DNA from: a virus
Lineage: Duplodnaviria > Caudoviricetes
Strand: one strand, 5' to 3'
Length of the DNA stretch: 59,655 nucleotides
Virus record (IMG/VR): IMGVR_UViG_3300011113_000105
Coordinates: 1 to 59,655 of that record
The position numbers and the translations under genes are program-made. The notes under the pieces are model-generated. The model searched no databases. It saw only the letters and a program-made list of their open reading frames with translations, and was not told where the DNA came from. This document shows, piece by piece, positions 1 through 8,717 of the stretch; the first letter of the stretch is position 1; every line of letters starts with the position of its first letter.

Positions 1-226
1 TTGATTTATATAGCTTTTTCCTTGTTCCACCTCGATTCCAATTTTCGGTTCCGTTCCAACCCGATTTTTACACGTTCCGTCCCCACCGCCCCCCGCCTAT
101 CCCATAGATTCTCTTTCTCGCATACTCCCGCCTCGCTTCCACCCCCGCCCCTGCGGTACAAACGCTTTTGACCCACACCATCCCACAGACCGCAACACCG
201 TTACATAAAAAAGTTATACAAGAGTA

Positions 227-254
227 TTGTAGTAACAGAAAAAAATGTTATAAT
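227..254 (+). promoter_or_regulatory. Sigma70-type early promoter P1
   Basis: TTGTAG (227-232), 16 bp, TATAAT (249-254) with extended -10 TG; AT-rich upstream. Confidence 0.75.
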
Positions 255-260
255 AGAAAC

Positions 261-317
261 AAGTCGGGGAACATCCACAATGACCTCCGACTTAACGCTT
301 CCGGGTCACCCGAAGCG
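261..317 (+). ncRNA. Two-hairpin 5' leader RNA, copy 1
   Basis: AAGTCGGGG/CTCCGACTT stem (261-293) and CGCTTC(C)GGG-TCA-CCCGAAGCG hairpin (296-317), starting 7 nt after the -10 box. Confidence 0.55.
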
Positions 318-353
318 CAATTCAACCTAGTTCAACTCAGTCAGGAGTCAGTC

Positions 354-716
354 ATGAAATCTGTGCAGTTCTACATCTCCCCCGCTTCTCCGGGGTTCGA
401 GCAGTTGCCCCGTGCGGTGAAAGTCACGATTCGTAAGGCAACAATAATCCCACGTCCTGCACCTGCCCCGGTGCAAACGAAAACCTCCCTGGACACGGAC
501 CAAATCATTCGTGGTTTTGAGTCCGTCGACGACCCGTACGACGACGCGCATTACCTTGGCTCCAACAACATCGATGCGGATTTCGACATTGATGGCAGCT
601 TGGAGTTTTGCGATTCCGACGGATCGGAAGAACTATCTGGCTTGACGATCGTTGAGCCAGCCTACGGCAACCCGCTTGCCATTCGCCGTTACTTGAACGG
701 CTACGACATCCTGTAA
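354..716 (+). CDS. Early protein with strongly acidic C-terminal half
   Basis: AGGAG RBS before ATG 354; the ORF-track extension to 168 runs through the promoter; D/E-rich tail. Confidence 0.75.
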   Translation: MKSVQFYISPASPGFEQLPRAVKVTIRKATIIPRPAPAPVQTKTSLDTDQIIRGFESVDDPYDDAHYLGSNNIDADFDIDGSLEFCDSDGSEELSGLTIVEPAYGNPLAIRRYLNGYDIL

Positions 717-735
717 GCAATTCACGGAGGAAACG

Positions 736-855
736 ATGAACCCCGAATACAGCGAATTGATTTACATGCTCAGGAAGTGCCGCGCCGTGTTGAACATGGC
801 GGGTTACTACGACATGGTGGTTGCGATAGACAAACTTTTAGGAGAAACGGAATGA
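736..855 (+). CDS. Small hypothetical protein (39 aa)
   Basis: GGAGG RBS; MNPEYSELIYMLRKCRAVLNMAGYYDMVVAIDKLLGETE; ATGA overlap with next gene; below ORF-track cutoff. Confidence 0.65.
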   Translation: MNPEYSELIYMLRKCRAVLNMAGYYDMVVAIDKLLGETE

Positions 856-1181
856 AGATCAGAACAAGCGAACTCATTGGCAATGCCCTGGACTGGGCGG
901 TGTTGCAACTCGACGCGGAGAACCCGTCAAATGGGTTTTACTCCACGGATTGGGCCGATGGTGGGCCGATCATCGAGAGGGAAGAAATTGCCCTGGAGCC
1001 GATGACGGACAGTGACTACGGTGACGGGTGGTTGGCTACCCGCGTTGAGGGGCCAGCCGTGTGCATGGAGTTTGGGCCGACCATGTTGGTCGCGGCCATG
1101 CGTTGCTACGTCACGTCACACCTGGGTGATGAGATCGAAGTGCCAGACGAGCTAACCAAAAAAGTTGGTTCAAACGCTTGA
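852..1181 (+). CDS. NinX/DUF2591-like phage protein
   Basis: SELIGNALDWAV...YSTDWADGGPIIERE...GPTMLVAAMRCYV...GDEIEVPDEL; AGGAG RBS. Confidence 0.75.
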   Translation: MKIRTSELIGNALDWAVLQLDAENPSNGFYSTDWADGGPIIEREEIALEPMTDSDYGDGWLATRVEGPAVCMEFGPTMLVAAMRCYVTSHLGDEIEVPDELTKKVGSNA

Positions 1182-1206
1182 CCTACGTGTAAAGTTCCCC
1201 TATAAT
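1178..1206 (+). promoter_or_regulatory. Sigma70-type early promoter P2
   Basis: TTGACC, 17 bp, TATAAT; near consensus. Confidence 0.85.
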
Positions 1207-1212
1207 GGGGGC

Positions 1213-1269
1213 ATAGACCGAAGTGTCGCAATACACAACGGCTATCTAGTCCTTCCGGTATGTCGGAAG
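1213..1269 (+). ncRNA. Two-hairpin 5' leader RNA, copy 2
   Basis: ATAG(A)CCG-AA-GTGT...ACAC-AA-CGGCTAT (1213-1245) and CTTCCGG-TATG-TCGGAAG (1252-1269), starting 7 nt after the -10 box. Confidence 0.55.
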
Positions 1270-1301
1270 TCCAATCAGTCATCAATCAGTCAGGAGTCAG
1301 T

Positions 1302-1559
1302 ATGGGAACGCTCAAGTCCTTCTTCCACGATTACATCGCGGAACAGTCAGAGATTGATTTCTCTGCACATCCCTTCGCCCCGGATACGTGCTTCGTTCTG
1401 ATCGAGCACGACGTCACCACCGGGGAAACCAAACCCCTCCACGTCTACACCTTCCGCGCCGATGCGGAGGATGCACTGCGTCTGTTCGAGCACGGACAGA
1501 AAAACTTCCACATTCCCGAGTATCTCGACTACCGCATCGCGGAGGTGGTGCAGTCATGA
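1302..1559 (+). CDS. Hypothetical early protein
   Basis: AGGAG RBS before ATG 1302; ATGA overlap with next gene. Confidence 0.75.
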   Translation: MGTLKSFFHDYIAEQSEIDFSAHPFAPDTCFVLIEHDVTTGETKPLHVYTFRADAEDALRLFEHGQKNFHIPEYLDYRIAEVVQS

Positions 1560-1768
1560 CCAACCGAATGAAACCACTTTGCGCTGCGTGTGGTGACACG
1601 TTCAGCGCGGCACGTCGCACCGCCGGGTATCACTTGTGTATGCCATGCGGTGAGCAGCAAGCACGACGGTACAAGCACACCATCGTTCCGATGAACAAGA
1701 GCAACTACGTTGCAGTGACCGACTTAGCCCTTCTGACCCAACTGAACCCCAAAAGGACCGCATCATGA
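1556..1768 (+). CDS. C4 zinc-finger protein (DksA/TraR-like finger)
   Basis: CAACGD...RR..GY.LCMPC; GGAGG RBS; ATGA coupling at both ends. Confidence 0.7.
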   Translation: MTNRMKPLCAACGDTFSAARRTAGYHLCMPCGEQQARRYKHTIVPMNKSNYVAVTDLALLTQLNPKRTAS

Positions 1769-2703
1769 ACTTTGAACTCAACGCCCCCCGCCATCTGATT
1801 TCTTTGGCTTCCTCCGCGCTCATCGTGAGTGTGGACATCAAGACATGGACTGCGACCAAGCAGGACAAGTCCATCAGCAACGAGGTGACAACATCGAAGA
1901 ACGCCGACGCAGACGCTGCGCGTGTGACCAAAGTTTTGTTGTCCCATTCCCCCGAGCACAAGGCGCTGCTGAACTATCGGCAGACCGTCTATAACTGGCT
2001 TCAGCGTGAGACCTACGACTGGGCGGGTTCCATGCGGCTGCTGCCCACGTACAAGCTGGAGTCGTTCAAGAAACAATTCAACGACCACATGGCCGCGTTC
2101 AATGCGCTGCTCGACAAGTTCCTGGCCGCGTACCCTGGGCTCATCAGCGACGCTGCGTTCAAGCAGGGCGGGATGTTTAACCGTTCCGAGTACCCTGAAG
2201 TCCAAGATGTGCGCCGTCGGTTCAGCATGAAGTTGTTCACCCACGCCGTGCCTGAGAACGATTTCCGGTGCTCAATCTCCCAGGTGCTTGCCGACGACCT
2301 GAAAGAACATTACGAGGCACAGACGCAAGAGATTGTGGGCGGAGTCATGACCGATCTGACAAAGCGCCTTACGACCTACGCCACACGACTGCGCAACGCA
2401 TGCGAGGAAGTGCAAGCCGAGGCCAACGAGGAAGCGAAGTCGGGCAAGGCCAAGCGCAGGAAGATTTACGAGTCCACGTTCGACAACGTGAAGTCGATGG
2501 TGGACATGATTCGTAACTTCAATCTGACAAACGATGCCGATCTGACGGAGGCCGCGAACAAGCTGGAGGCGATCCTGGCCACGCGCTCGCTGTCTGACCT
2601 GCGGGACAGCGCAGTCGCACGAGCCGACACGCGTGATGACCTGAACGACATCCTGAGCAAGTTCGCACCGATCAACGTGGCCGAGGTGAGTGACGATGAA
2701 TAA
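1765..2703 (+). CDS. DUF3150-like phage protein
   Basis: LASSALIVSVDIKTWTATKQD N-terminus, helical body, NFNLTNDADL; usual neighbour of phage AAA/vWA pairs. Confidence 0.6.
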   Translation: MNFELNAPRHLISLASSALIVSVDIKTWTATKQDKSISNEVTTSKNADADAARVTKVLLSHSPEHKALLNYRQTVYNWLQRETYDWAGSMRLLPTYKLESFKKQFNDHMAAFNALLDKFLAAYPGLISDAAFKQGGMFNRSEYPEVQDVRRRFSMKLFTHAVPENDFRCSISQVLADDLKEHYEAQTQEIVGGVMTDLTKRLTTYATRLRNACEEVQAEANEEAKSGKAKRRKIYESTFDNVKSMVDMIRNFNLTNDADLTEAANKLEAILATRSLSDLRDSAVARADTRDDLNDILSKFAPINVAEVSDDE

Positions 2704-2896
2704 CGAGATGAAAGTAACGGTGCAAGCCAGGGGCCGATATGGCACTTGGTTTTATTACCCCGCGTGTGAGAAGGCCGAGCAGTTTCGGCAGATAGAAGGA
2801 GGCAAGACCCTGACCGCCCATGCTCTGAAGTGCATCAGACAGTTGGGCTACGAGATAGAGATCAATATAGAAGTTCCGACAACCCTGAATCGTTAA
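2696..2896 (+). CDS. Hypothetical protein
   Basis: ORF with GAGG RBS; YG...YYPACEKA motif. Confidence 0.65.
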   Translation: MNNEMKVTVQARGRYGTWFYYPACEKAEQFRQIEGGKTLTAHALKCIRQLGYEIEINIEVPTTLNR

Positions 2897-2913
2897 TCAC
2901 TGGAGAAACCAAA

Positions 2914-3984
2914 ATGGCTAAAGTCAATTTCCGCACCACCGTTTCCTTGGAAGAAGCCAAGAACATCATCCGTGTCACGGGTGACGTGGTGACCAACATC
3001 ATCATTTCCGAACCCGGTGTCGGCAAGTCCACGCTGCTCAAGATGCTGGAGGAGGAGATGGGCACGGATGAGTACGACTTCATCTACGTGGACTGCCCTG
3101 TGAAAGACATGATGGACATTGCCGCGTCCATCCCGAACCACACCACGAAGCAACTGGAGTATTACGTGTCGTCCCTGTTCAAGCTGGGCAATGGCAAGAA
3201 GAAGTGCATCATGCTCGACGAGTTCATGAAAGCACCGAAGCTGCTACAGGTAATTTTCACTCGGCTGATGCTTGAGCGTACGGTGGGCGACATCCCCCTG
3301 CCCGAAGGTTCGTACGTGTTCGCCACGTCGAATAACGCTTCCGATGGTGTCGGAGACGCAATGCTCGACCATGCGGGTAACCGTGTGTGCAAGCTCGACC
3401 TGCGCAAGTCCACCGCTGACGAGTGGAACATTTGGGCCACGAAGAACGGCGTGGCGCGTTCCATCCGTGCTTGGGCGGCGATGAACCCGAGAGCGTTCGC
3501 TAGCTATCTGGACGGCGATCAGGATGACAACCCATATATTTTCAACCCGGCAAAGGGCAAGCGTCAGTTCGTGTCTCCACGTTCCTTGGCTAAAGCGTCC
3601 GTGTTCGTGGATCGTAGGGATCAGTTGACCGAGAACGCGCTGACCGCTGCACTGGCTGGCACGATCGGTGAGGCTGCTGCCAAGTCACTCGCTGCGTTCA
3701 TCTCGCTGGAGTCCAAGCTCATCAAGACGAGCGATGTCATCAAGGCGCCGACGACCGTCCCGGTTCCCGATGATGTTTCTGTCCTGATCATGATGATGTT
3801 CGAGGCAGTGGACACGATAAAGGTTCAGGATGATCTGAGCAAGTATATGGAGTTCGTGAACCGCATCAAGGCAACCGAGGTCCAGTCCGTGTTCTTCGTG
3901 ATGATGCTGCGCACGAAGCCCAAGCTGGCCCGGTACAACATCGAGATTTCCAAGTGGGCCGTCGAGAACCACTACATCATGTGA
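2914..3984 (+). CDS. MoxR-like AAA+ ATPase
   Basis: Walker A SEPGVGKS, Walker B IMLDE, sensor ATSN, arginine-finger GNRV, SPRS; GGAG RBS. Confidence 0.85.
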   Translation: MAKVNFRTTVSLEEAKNIIRVTGDVVTNIIISEPGVGKSTLLKMLEEEMGTDEYDFIYVDCPVKDMMDIAASIPNHTTKQLEYYVSSLFKLGNGKKKCIMLDEFMKAPKLLQVIFTRLMLERTVGDIPLPEGSYVFATSNNASDGVGDAMLDHAGNRVCKLDLRKSTADEWNIWATKNGVARSIRAWAAMNPRAFASYLDGDQDDNPYIFNPAKGKRQFVSPRSLAKASVFVDRRDQLTENALTAALAGTIGEAAAKSLAAFISLESKLIKTSDVIKAPTTVPVPDDVSVLIMMMFEAVDTIKVQDDLSKYMEFVNRIKATEVQSVFFVMMLRTKPKLARYNIEISKWAVENHYIM

Positions 3985-3992
3985 GGTGAAAA

Positions 3993-4235
3993 ATGAACCC
4001 CAAACAACTTGAAAAGATAAACGAGCTCATCAAGCGTGTAGCGACAGTATTGAGAGAGGACATAGAGAGTGATGACGGGTGTATCGATCCGTTGGATCAC
4101 TTGACTGCACTCAGTCTCATGCTCTGCACATTCAGTATCGAAGCTGGGTTCAGCAGGGAACAATTCCTTGGCGGGATCACTAAAACCTACGACAGTGCAA
4201 TAAACAACCGGGGGCGTCATGCAACTAACGACTGA
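3993..4235 (+). CDS. Hypothetical protein between AAA and vWA genes
   Basis: GAGG RBS, 80 aa ORF. Confidence 0.6.
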   Translation: MNPKQLEKINELIKRVATVLREDIESDDGCIDPLDHLTALSLMLCTFSIEAGFSREQFLGGITKTYDSAINNRGRHATND

Positions 4236-5457
4236 ACAACGCATCAAGAAGGCGCACGTTGCGCTGATGAAGCATCCCGAGACAGCCCTGTTCTCGGGTG
4301 TGCTCATGCTTGGCGAAACGTCCGTGGTGGACGAGGGGATCACTGCGTACACCGATGGACTCAACAAGAAGTACGGTCGCGCGTTCGTTGAGGCTATCTG
4401 TAAGAAAGACTCACAGTTGAACGCACTGGTGTTGCACGAGAACTTGCACATCGTGTTCCGTCACCTGCTGCACAACCGTGATCTGTTTGTCGAGAACCGT
4501 CAACGCGCGAACATGGCGGCTGACTATGTGGTCAATGATGTCATCACGCACATCAAGGACAAATCATTGGTCGAGCTTCCGGTAGGCGCACTTGTCGATG
4601 ACAAGTATCACAACATGAACATGCGCGAGGTGTACCGTCTGCTCAAGGACGAGTGCGACGATGGTGACGGCGACGGTGGGTCGCAGGAACCGAAGCGCAG
4701 CAAGCAAGGTAACGGTTCCGGTGGGTCTGAACCCCAAGATGGGGAAGGCGGTGGTTACAAGTTCGACGACCACGACATCGACGGCGCGTCGCATGGCGCA
4801 ACCGCAGAGGAGATCAAGGAGATCGACACCAAGATCGATCGTGCTTTGCGTGAAGGCGCGTTGTTGGCTGGACGACTTGGCGCAAATCTTCCTCGCTCGA
4901 TCACCGAGTTGTTGGAGCCCAAGATCGATTGGCGTGCTGAGTTGCGTGAGTTCGTGTCGTCCTCGACCAAGGGCAAGGACGAGTTCACGTGGCGCAAGTT
5001 CAACCGTAGGCTTGTACCCAACGACATCTATCTGCCAACCGTAGAGAACGAAACGATTGGTGAGATTGTCGTGGCCATCGATACGTCAGGCTCGATCGAC
5101 CAAGCGCAAATCAACGCATTCGCCTCGGAACTGGCTTCGATCTGCGAGGCTGTGGAACCGGAAGCGGTCCGCGTTTTGTGGTGGGACACGATGGTGCACG
5201 GTGAGCAGCGGTTCGCTGACAACTATCAGAACATCGGGGGAATGCTCAAGCCGCAGGGCGGGGGTGGCACTCGCGTGGGGTGTGTCTCTGATTACATCAA
5301 CAAGCACAAGGTCAACGCCGAATGCGTGTTGGTGTTCACCGACGGCTACGTGGAGAACGATGTGAAGTGGAGCGTCAGTGCACCCACTCTGTGGCTTGTC
5401 ACGCACAACAAGCGTTGGACGCCGCCATCGGGTCGGGTTGTAGCTTTTGAACAGTAA
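4219..5457 (+). CDS. Metallopeptidase plus vWA domain protein (DUF2201-like)
   Basis: TAYTDG, HENLH (HExxH), NMAADYVVN, acidic/Gly linker, MIDAS DTSGS, GGGGT, FTDGY. Confidence 0.85.
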   Translation: MQLTTEQRIKKAHVALMKHPETALFSGVLMLGETSVVDEGITAYTDGLNKKYGRAFVEAICKKDSQLNALVLHENLHIVFRHLLHNRDLFVENRQRANMAADYVVNDVITHIKDKSLVELPVGALVDDKYHNMNMREVYRLLKDECDDGDGDGGSQEPKRSKQGNGSGGSEPQDGEGGGYKFDDHDIDGASHGATAEEIKEIDTKIDRALREGALLAGRLGANLPRSITELLEPKIDWRAELREFVSSSTKGKDEFTWRKFNRRLVPNDIYLPTVENETIGEIVVAIDTSGSIDQAQINAFASELASICEAVEPEAVRVLWWDTMVHGEQRFADNYQNIGGMLKPQGGGGTRVGCVSDYINKHKVNAECVLVFTDGYVENDVKWSVSAPTLWLVTHNKRWTPPSGRVVAFEQ

Positions 5458-5477
5458 CTTTCAGTTAGGAAACAGTC

Positions 5478-6500
5478 ATGTCATACAACGACATTGCGTG
5501 GGTGTCATACGACAAACTCAAGAACCGTTCACAGGCCATGCAGCCGTACGTGAACACAACAGATACCTTCCCGCTTGGGGATCGTAGGTACTCGCACCGT
5601 CACTTCCGTGTGAGGAACGATGGTGTGTTTGAGCTTTATCTCGGCAACCGTGAAGTGATCAACGCCGGTCTGGAGTCACGACCGTCGAAGCGGGGAGGGG
5701 ATAAGTACGCTGCGGAAGAATACGCTGGCAACTCTCTGATCGCGCGCGTGTACCCGGACAACTCGTTTGAGTTTCTCTCAAGACGCAGTGGTATGTCTGA
5801 TCTTCTTTTCTACAACGCGCTGATCCCCAACACGCGGATCAACTGCAACAACAGGTTCGGTGGGGGCGTGATGACCAATGGAGGTGCGTCCTCGCACACG
5901 CATCCTCTGTTCCACGGACTGCGCGTGAACCTGAGTGATCTCTCGGTGCATCCCACGACAGACTATGTAACGTATCTGCCGACCCTGAACCGCAAAGAAG
6001 GCAAGCAGTTCAGCGCGGGGTTCGATGAGTTCCACAAGACGTGGCGCGTTCTGTTCGAGCCCATGCAGAGAAGCGCGTACTCTGAGATCGTGCGGGATTT
6101 ATCCGAGGAATATCCCGCTGTGTTTACTGAGGTGCTCGGTTTCCACAAACAGTCAAACCATTACACGAACCCTTCGATTGATGGACAAGAACTGACCAAC
6201 ATGATCCTTGACCTGATCTCCAAGAAACGGTACGCCGATGCTGCGTTGGCCAGCCTTGGCTACAACTACTCTTGGGTGCTGTATCGCATTTACAAGAATC
6301 ACAAGGAGAACATCAACTACATCTACAACTTTGATCCGACGCTTGCCAAGTCAATATCCAAGTTGACCGAGAACTGCATGAAGCACACGCCTCGGTTGTT
6401 CTCGCACCGCGCCATCGAGTCCGGCGCACCGTTAGTAGCGACCAAGTGGGGGCTGATCACCATGCTCAAGTCCACTGGCGAAACCGTAGTCCGTCTGTAA
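5478..6500 (+). CDS. Hypothetical protein
   Basis: 340 aa ORF, AGGA RBS. Confidence 0.75.
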   Translation: MSYNDIAWVSYDKLKNRSQAMQPYVNTTDTFPLGDRRYSHRHFRVRNDGVFELYLGNREVINAGLESRPSKRGGDKYAAEEYAGNSLIARVYPDNSFEFLSRRSGMSDLLFYNALIPNTRINCNNRFGGGVMTNGGASSHTHPLFHGLRVNLSDLSVHPTTDYVTYLPTLNRKEGKQFSAGFDEFHKTWRVLFEPMQRSAYSEIVRDLSEEYPAVFTEVLGFHKQSNHYTNPSIDGQELTNMILDLISKKRYADAALASLGYNYSWVLYRIYKNHKENINYIYNFDPTLAKSISKLTENCMKHTPRLFSHRAIESGAPLVATKWGLITMLKSTGETVVRL

Positions 6501-6515
6501 TCACAGGAGAAAGTC

Positions 6516-7451
6516 ATGGAGAACCTCATTTCCCACATCGCTGATCGTGATCGCACGATGAAGTTTTTTGAGTCAGACAACGCAAGGGTGTTGTTACTGA
6601 GAAATCTCGTTCGCGAGTTCTGCTACACCTTCAACACCAGGGTGGGCTTCCTCGCAAGTAAGGATTCAGACGGGACTGAAGCCCTCTACCGCAATCAACC
6701 GACCATCCCGATCTACACCATCGAAGGCATGCCGTGCGGCACTCTGAGGGTCAAGTTCGACCATGAGGGTGACTTCTACGCGTTCAACTCAAGCATGGTC
6801 TGCAAGGAGAAGGCGAGTGCTCGCAGTGACAAGTACACGCGCGACTCTACGACCGTCAAGGGGCTCATCAACGCAATCAAGCGCAACAAGGAGATTCCAT
6901 CCCTGGAAGGTTGTATGACCCGATACAAGTACGGGATCGGGGACGCACTGCGCGCGACCTCTCGCGGCATTGATCGTCCGAATATCAACCTCTCATCCGA
7001 AGCGATGCTTGAACTGGTCAAGATGTATCTCGGTGAGACTGCGTACGTGATGCCGCACGACGACTCCATCCGTAAGGCGTATTCAGATTATCTTGAAAAG
7101 GCCGCTACGAACAGCGAGATGGAGAAAAACTTTAACCGCTTCAAGGAGGGGTGCAGAGGTATCGGCGTTCTCTCCACCGACGAGAAGCCCATCTATCTTG
7201 TGAGCGACATCACGTGGGTAGGGGACACGCCGAATGTCACCAATATAACCATTCACAAATCGCTGAGCGAGAACGAGCGCGTGGCGGGTGACGCCATGAT
7301 GATCCGCACGTTCATGCAGGGTAACAACGGTACATCTGACAACGAACTGGGCGTCAGGACATCTGACCGTTACTACGCTGACATCGACGTTGCCACAGGC
7401 TATAACAATCACGAGTGCGTTTGGGTTCTCATCCCCAACCGTGGTGAATGA
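6516..7451 (+). CDS. Hypothetical protein
   Basis: 311 aa ORF, AGGAG RBS. Confidence 0.75.
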   Translation: MENLISHIADRDRTMKFFESDNARVLLLRNLVREFCYTFNTRVGFLASKDSDGTEALYRNQPTIPIYTIEGMPCGTLRVKFDHEGDFYAFNSSMVCKEKASARSDKYTRDSTTVKGLINAIKRNKEIPSLEGCMTRYKYGIGDALRATSRGIDRPNINLSSEAMLELVKMYLGETAYVMPHDDSIRKAYSDYLEKAATNSEMEKNFNRFKEGCRGIGVLSTDEKPIYLVSDITWVGDTPNVTNITIHKSLSENERVAGDAMMIRTFMQGNNGTSDNELGVRTSDRYYADIDVATGYNNHECVWVLIPNRGE

Positions 7452-7804
7452 ACGATCCGTGGGACAGACGACTCTATGCTCCGGTTGCCCATCCCGATCG
7501 TGATATGTATCGTGTTCCTGTGTGGGTCAGCGATGATGAGATCGCTATCGGCCTCGGCAGAGACATCTTTAGATACTACACACGCGCAAACGCCCCGAAG
7601 AAATTGAAGGCGGCGCTTGCGATGGTCAGCGCGTTTCCACAGGACAGCCGACCGGAGTGGGCGGTGAACCCGACAAGCGCGTACGTGCCGATGGACAACA
7701 GACAGAGAGACATAGGCTGGAGATTGACGGACGACTTCTACATCCTCGTCTTGGATGAAGAATTCCTCAACAATTGTTATCTGAGAGGATCAGGAGATGG
7801 CTGA
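7448..7804 (+). CDS. Hypothetical protein
   Basis: ATGA-coupled 118 aa ORF. Confidence 0.7.
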   Translation: MNDPWDRRLYAPVAHPDRDMYRVPVWVSDDEIAIGLGRDIFRYYTRANAPKKLKAALAMVSAFPQDSRPEWAVNPTSAYVPMDNRQRDIGWRLTDDFYILVLDEEFLNNCYLRGSGDG

Positions 7805-8105
7805 CACTCCCGAGAGAAAAGTTAAGAAGAAGGTAATCGATATTCTCAAACGGCGCGGAGCGTACTACGCTATGCCTGTGGCAAGCGGGTTTGGGAACGC
7901 GGGTGTCCCCGACATCCTCGCGTGTCTGAAGGGTCACTTTGTGGCGATTGAGTGCAAGGCCAACGGTGGCAAGTGCACGAAGCTGCAACTGTCGAACCTA
8001 GAGCAGATACAGCAAGCTGGGGGAACCGCCTTGGTGATCGATGAAACAAACATGCACGTATTGGAAGCAGTGTTGAACAGTATCAGCCCGGAGACAAAAC
8101 CATGA
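7797..8105 (+). CDS. VRR-NUC domain nuclease / Holliday junction resolvase-like
   Basis: TPERKVK...GVPDILAC..GHFVAIECKA...LQ...I..AGG.A.VI. Confidence 0.85.
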   Translation: MADTPERKVKKKVIDILKRRGAYYAMPVASGFGNAGVPDILACLKGHFVAIECKANGGKCTKLQLSNLEQIQQAGGTALVIDETNMHVLEAVLNSISPETKP

Positions 8106-8266
8106 ACACGAAACTGTTGGAGATGGCGCGTAAGTTGTGGAACGTGGACTACGTTCCTTCCGAAGTCAATCGGCGCAACCAATTGAAATGGGCGCGTTCG
8201 ATCCACAGATTGGGGGACAAATGGCTACTCGCAAAGTACGTACAAAAGAAAACCGGACTCCACTGA
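8102..8266 (+). CDS. Small hypothetical protein (54 aa)
   Basis: MNTKLLEMARKLWNVDYVPSEVNRRNQLKWARSIHRLGDKWLLAK...; ATGA coupling, GGAG RBS. Confidence 0.65.
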   Translation: MNTKLLEMARKLWNVDYVPSEVNRRNQLKWARSIHRLGDKWLLAKYVQKKTGLH

Positions 8267-8376
8267 AGGAACCACAACCGAGCGTATGGCCCTTCCCGAC
8301 GTACAAGGGTCAGCCGTACAAGGCTCCACGCAAGAAACGAATTAAGCCTTCCGACTACCCGGAAGCGTTGTTTTAG
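8221..8376 (+). CDS. Small basic protein (WPFPT motif)
   Basis: GGGGA RBS; MATRKVR...VWPFPTYKG...YPEALF; overlaps previous ORF by 46 nt. Confidence 0.5.
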   Translation: MATRKVRTKENRTPLKEPQPSVWPFPTYKGQPYKAPRKKRIKPSDYPEALF

Positions 8377-8385
8377 GAGACGAAC

Positions 8386-8505
8386 ATGCAACGAATGCAA
8401 GACGATGGACTCGACGAACTGGGCTGGGCCGCAGCAATGCTCGCGGCGCTGGGCTTTTTGTTCTTCGCGATTGTGTATTTCTTTCACTGGGCGGGGTGGC
8501 TATGA
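8386..8505 (+). CDS. Small membrane peptide (39 aa)
   Basis: AGGAG RBS; MQRMQDDGLDELGWAAAMLAALGFLFFAIVYFFHWAGWL; ATGA coupling. Confidence 0.6.
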   Translation: MQRMQDDGLDELGWAAAMLAALGFLFFAIVYFFHWAGWL

Positions 8506-8717
8506 GTAGAGAAGACATCATCCGACTGGCGCGGGAAGCGGGGTTTGCTGATGGCGTGGTAGAGATTGTCGGGCTAGAAGGCTTTTCCCAGTTCGCCGCC
8601 CTTGTCGCCAAGGAAGAACGCACCCGCATCTACGAGATGCTGATCAAGATGCACACGCAGGAAGAGCGCCACAACTACTACATGTTCATCGCCAACATCA
8701 TCAAGGAGTCGGCATGA
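8502..8717 (+). CDS. Hypothetical phage protein
   Basis: MSREDIIRLAREAG...FAALVA..ER pattern, frequent in small phage early genes. Confidence 0.7.
   Translation: MSREDIIRLAREAGFADGVVEIVGLEGFSQFAALVAKEERTRIYEMLIKMHTQEERHNYYMFIANIIKESA

Noticed and set aside
168-353. ORF-track N-terminal extension of the first gene
   Set aside because: It spans the promoter and structured leader; the RBS supports ATG 354.
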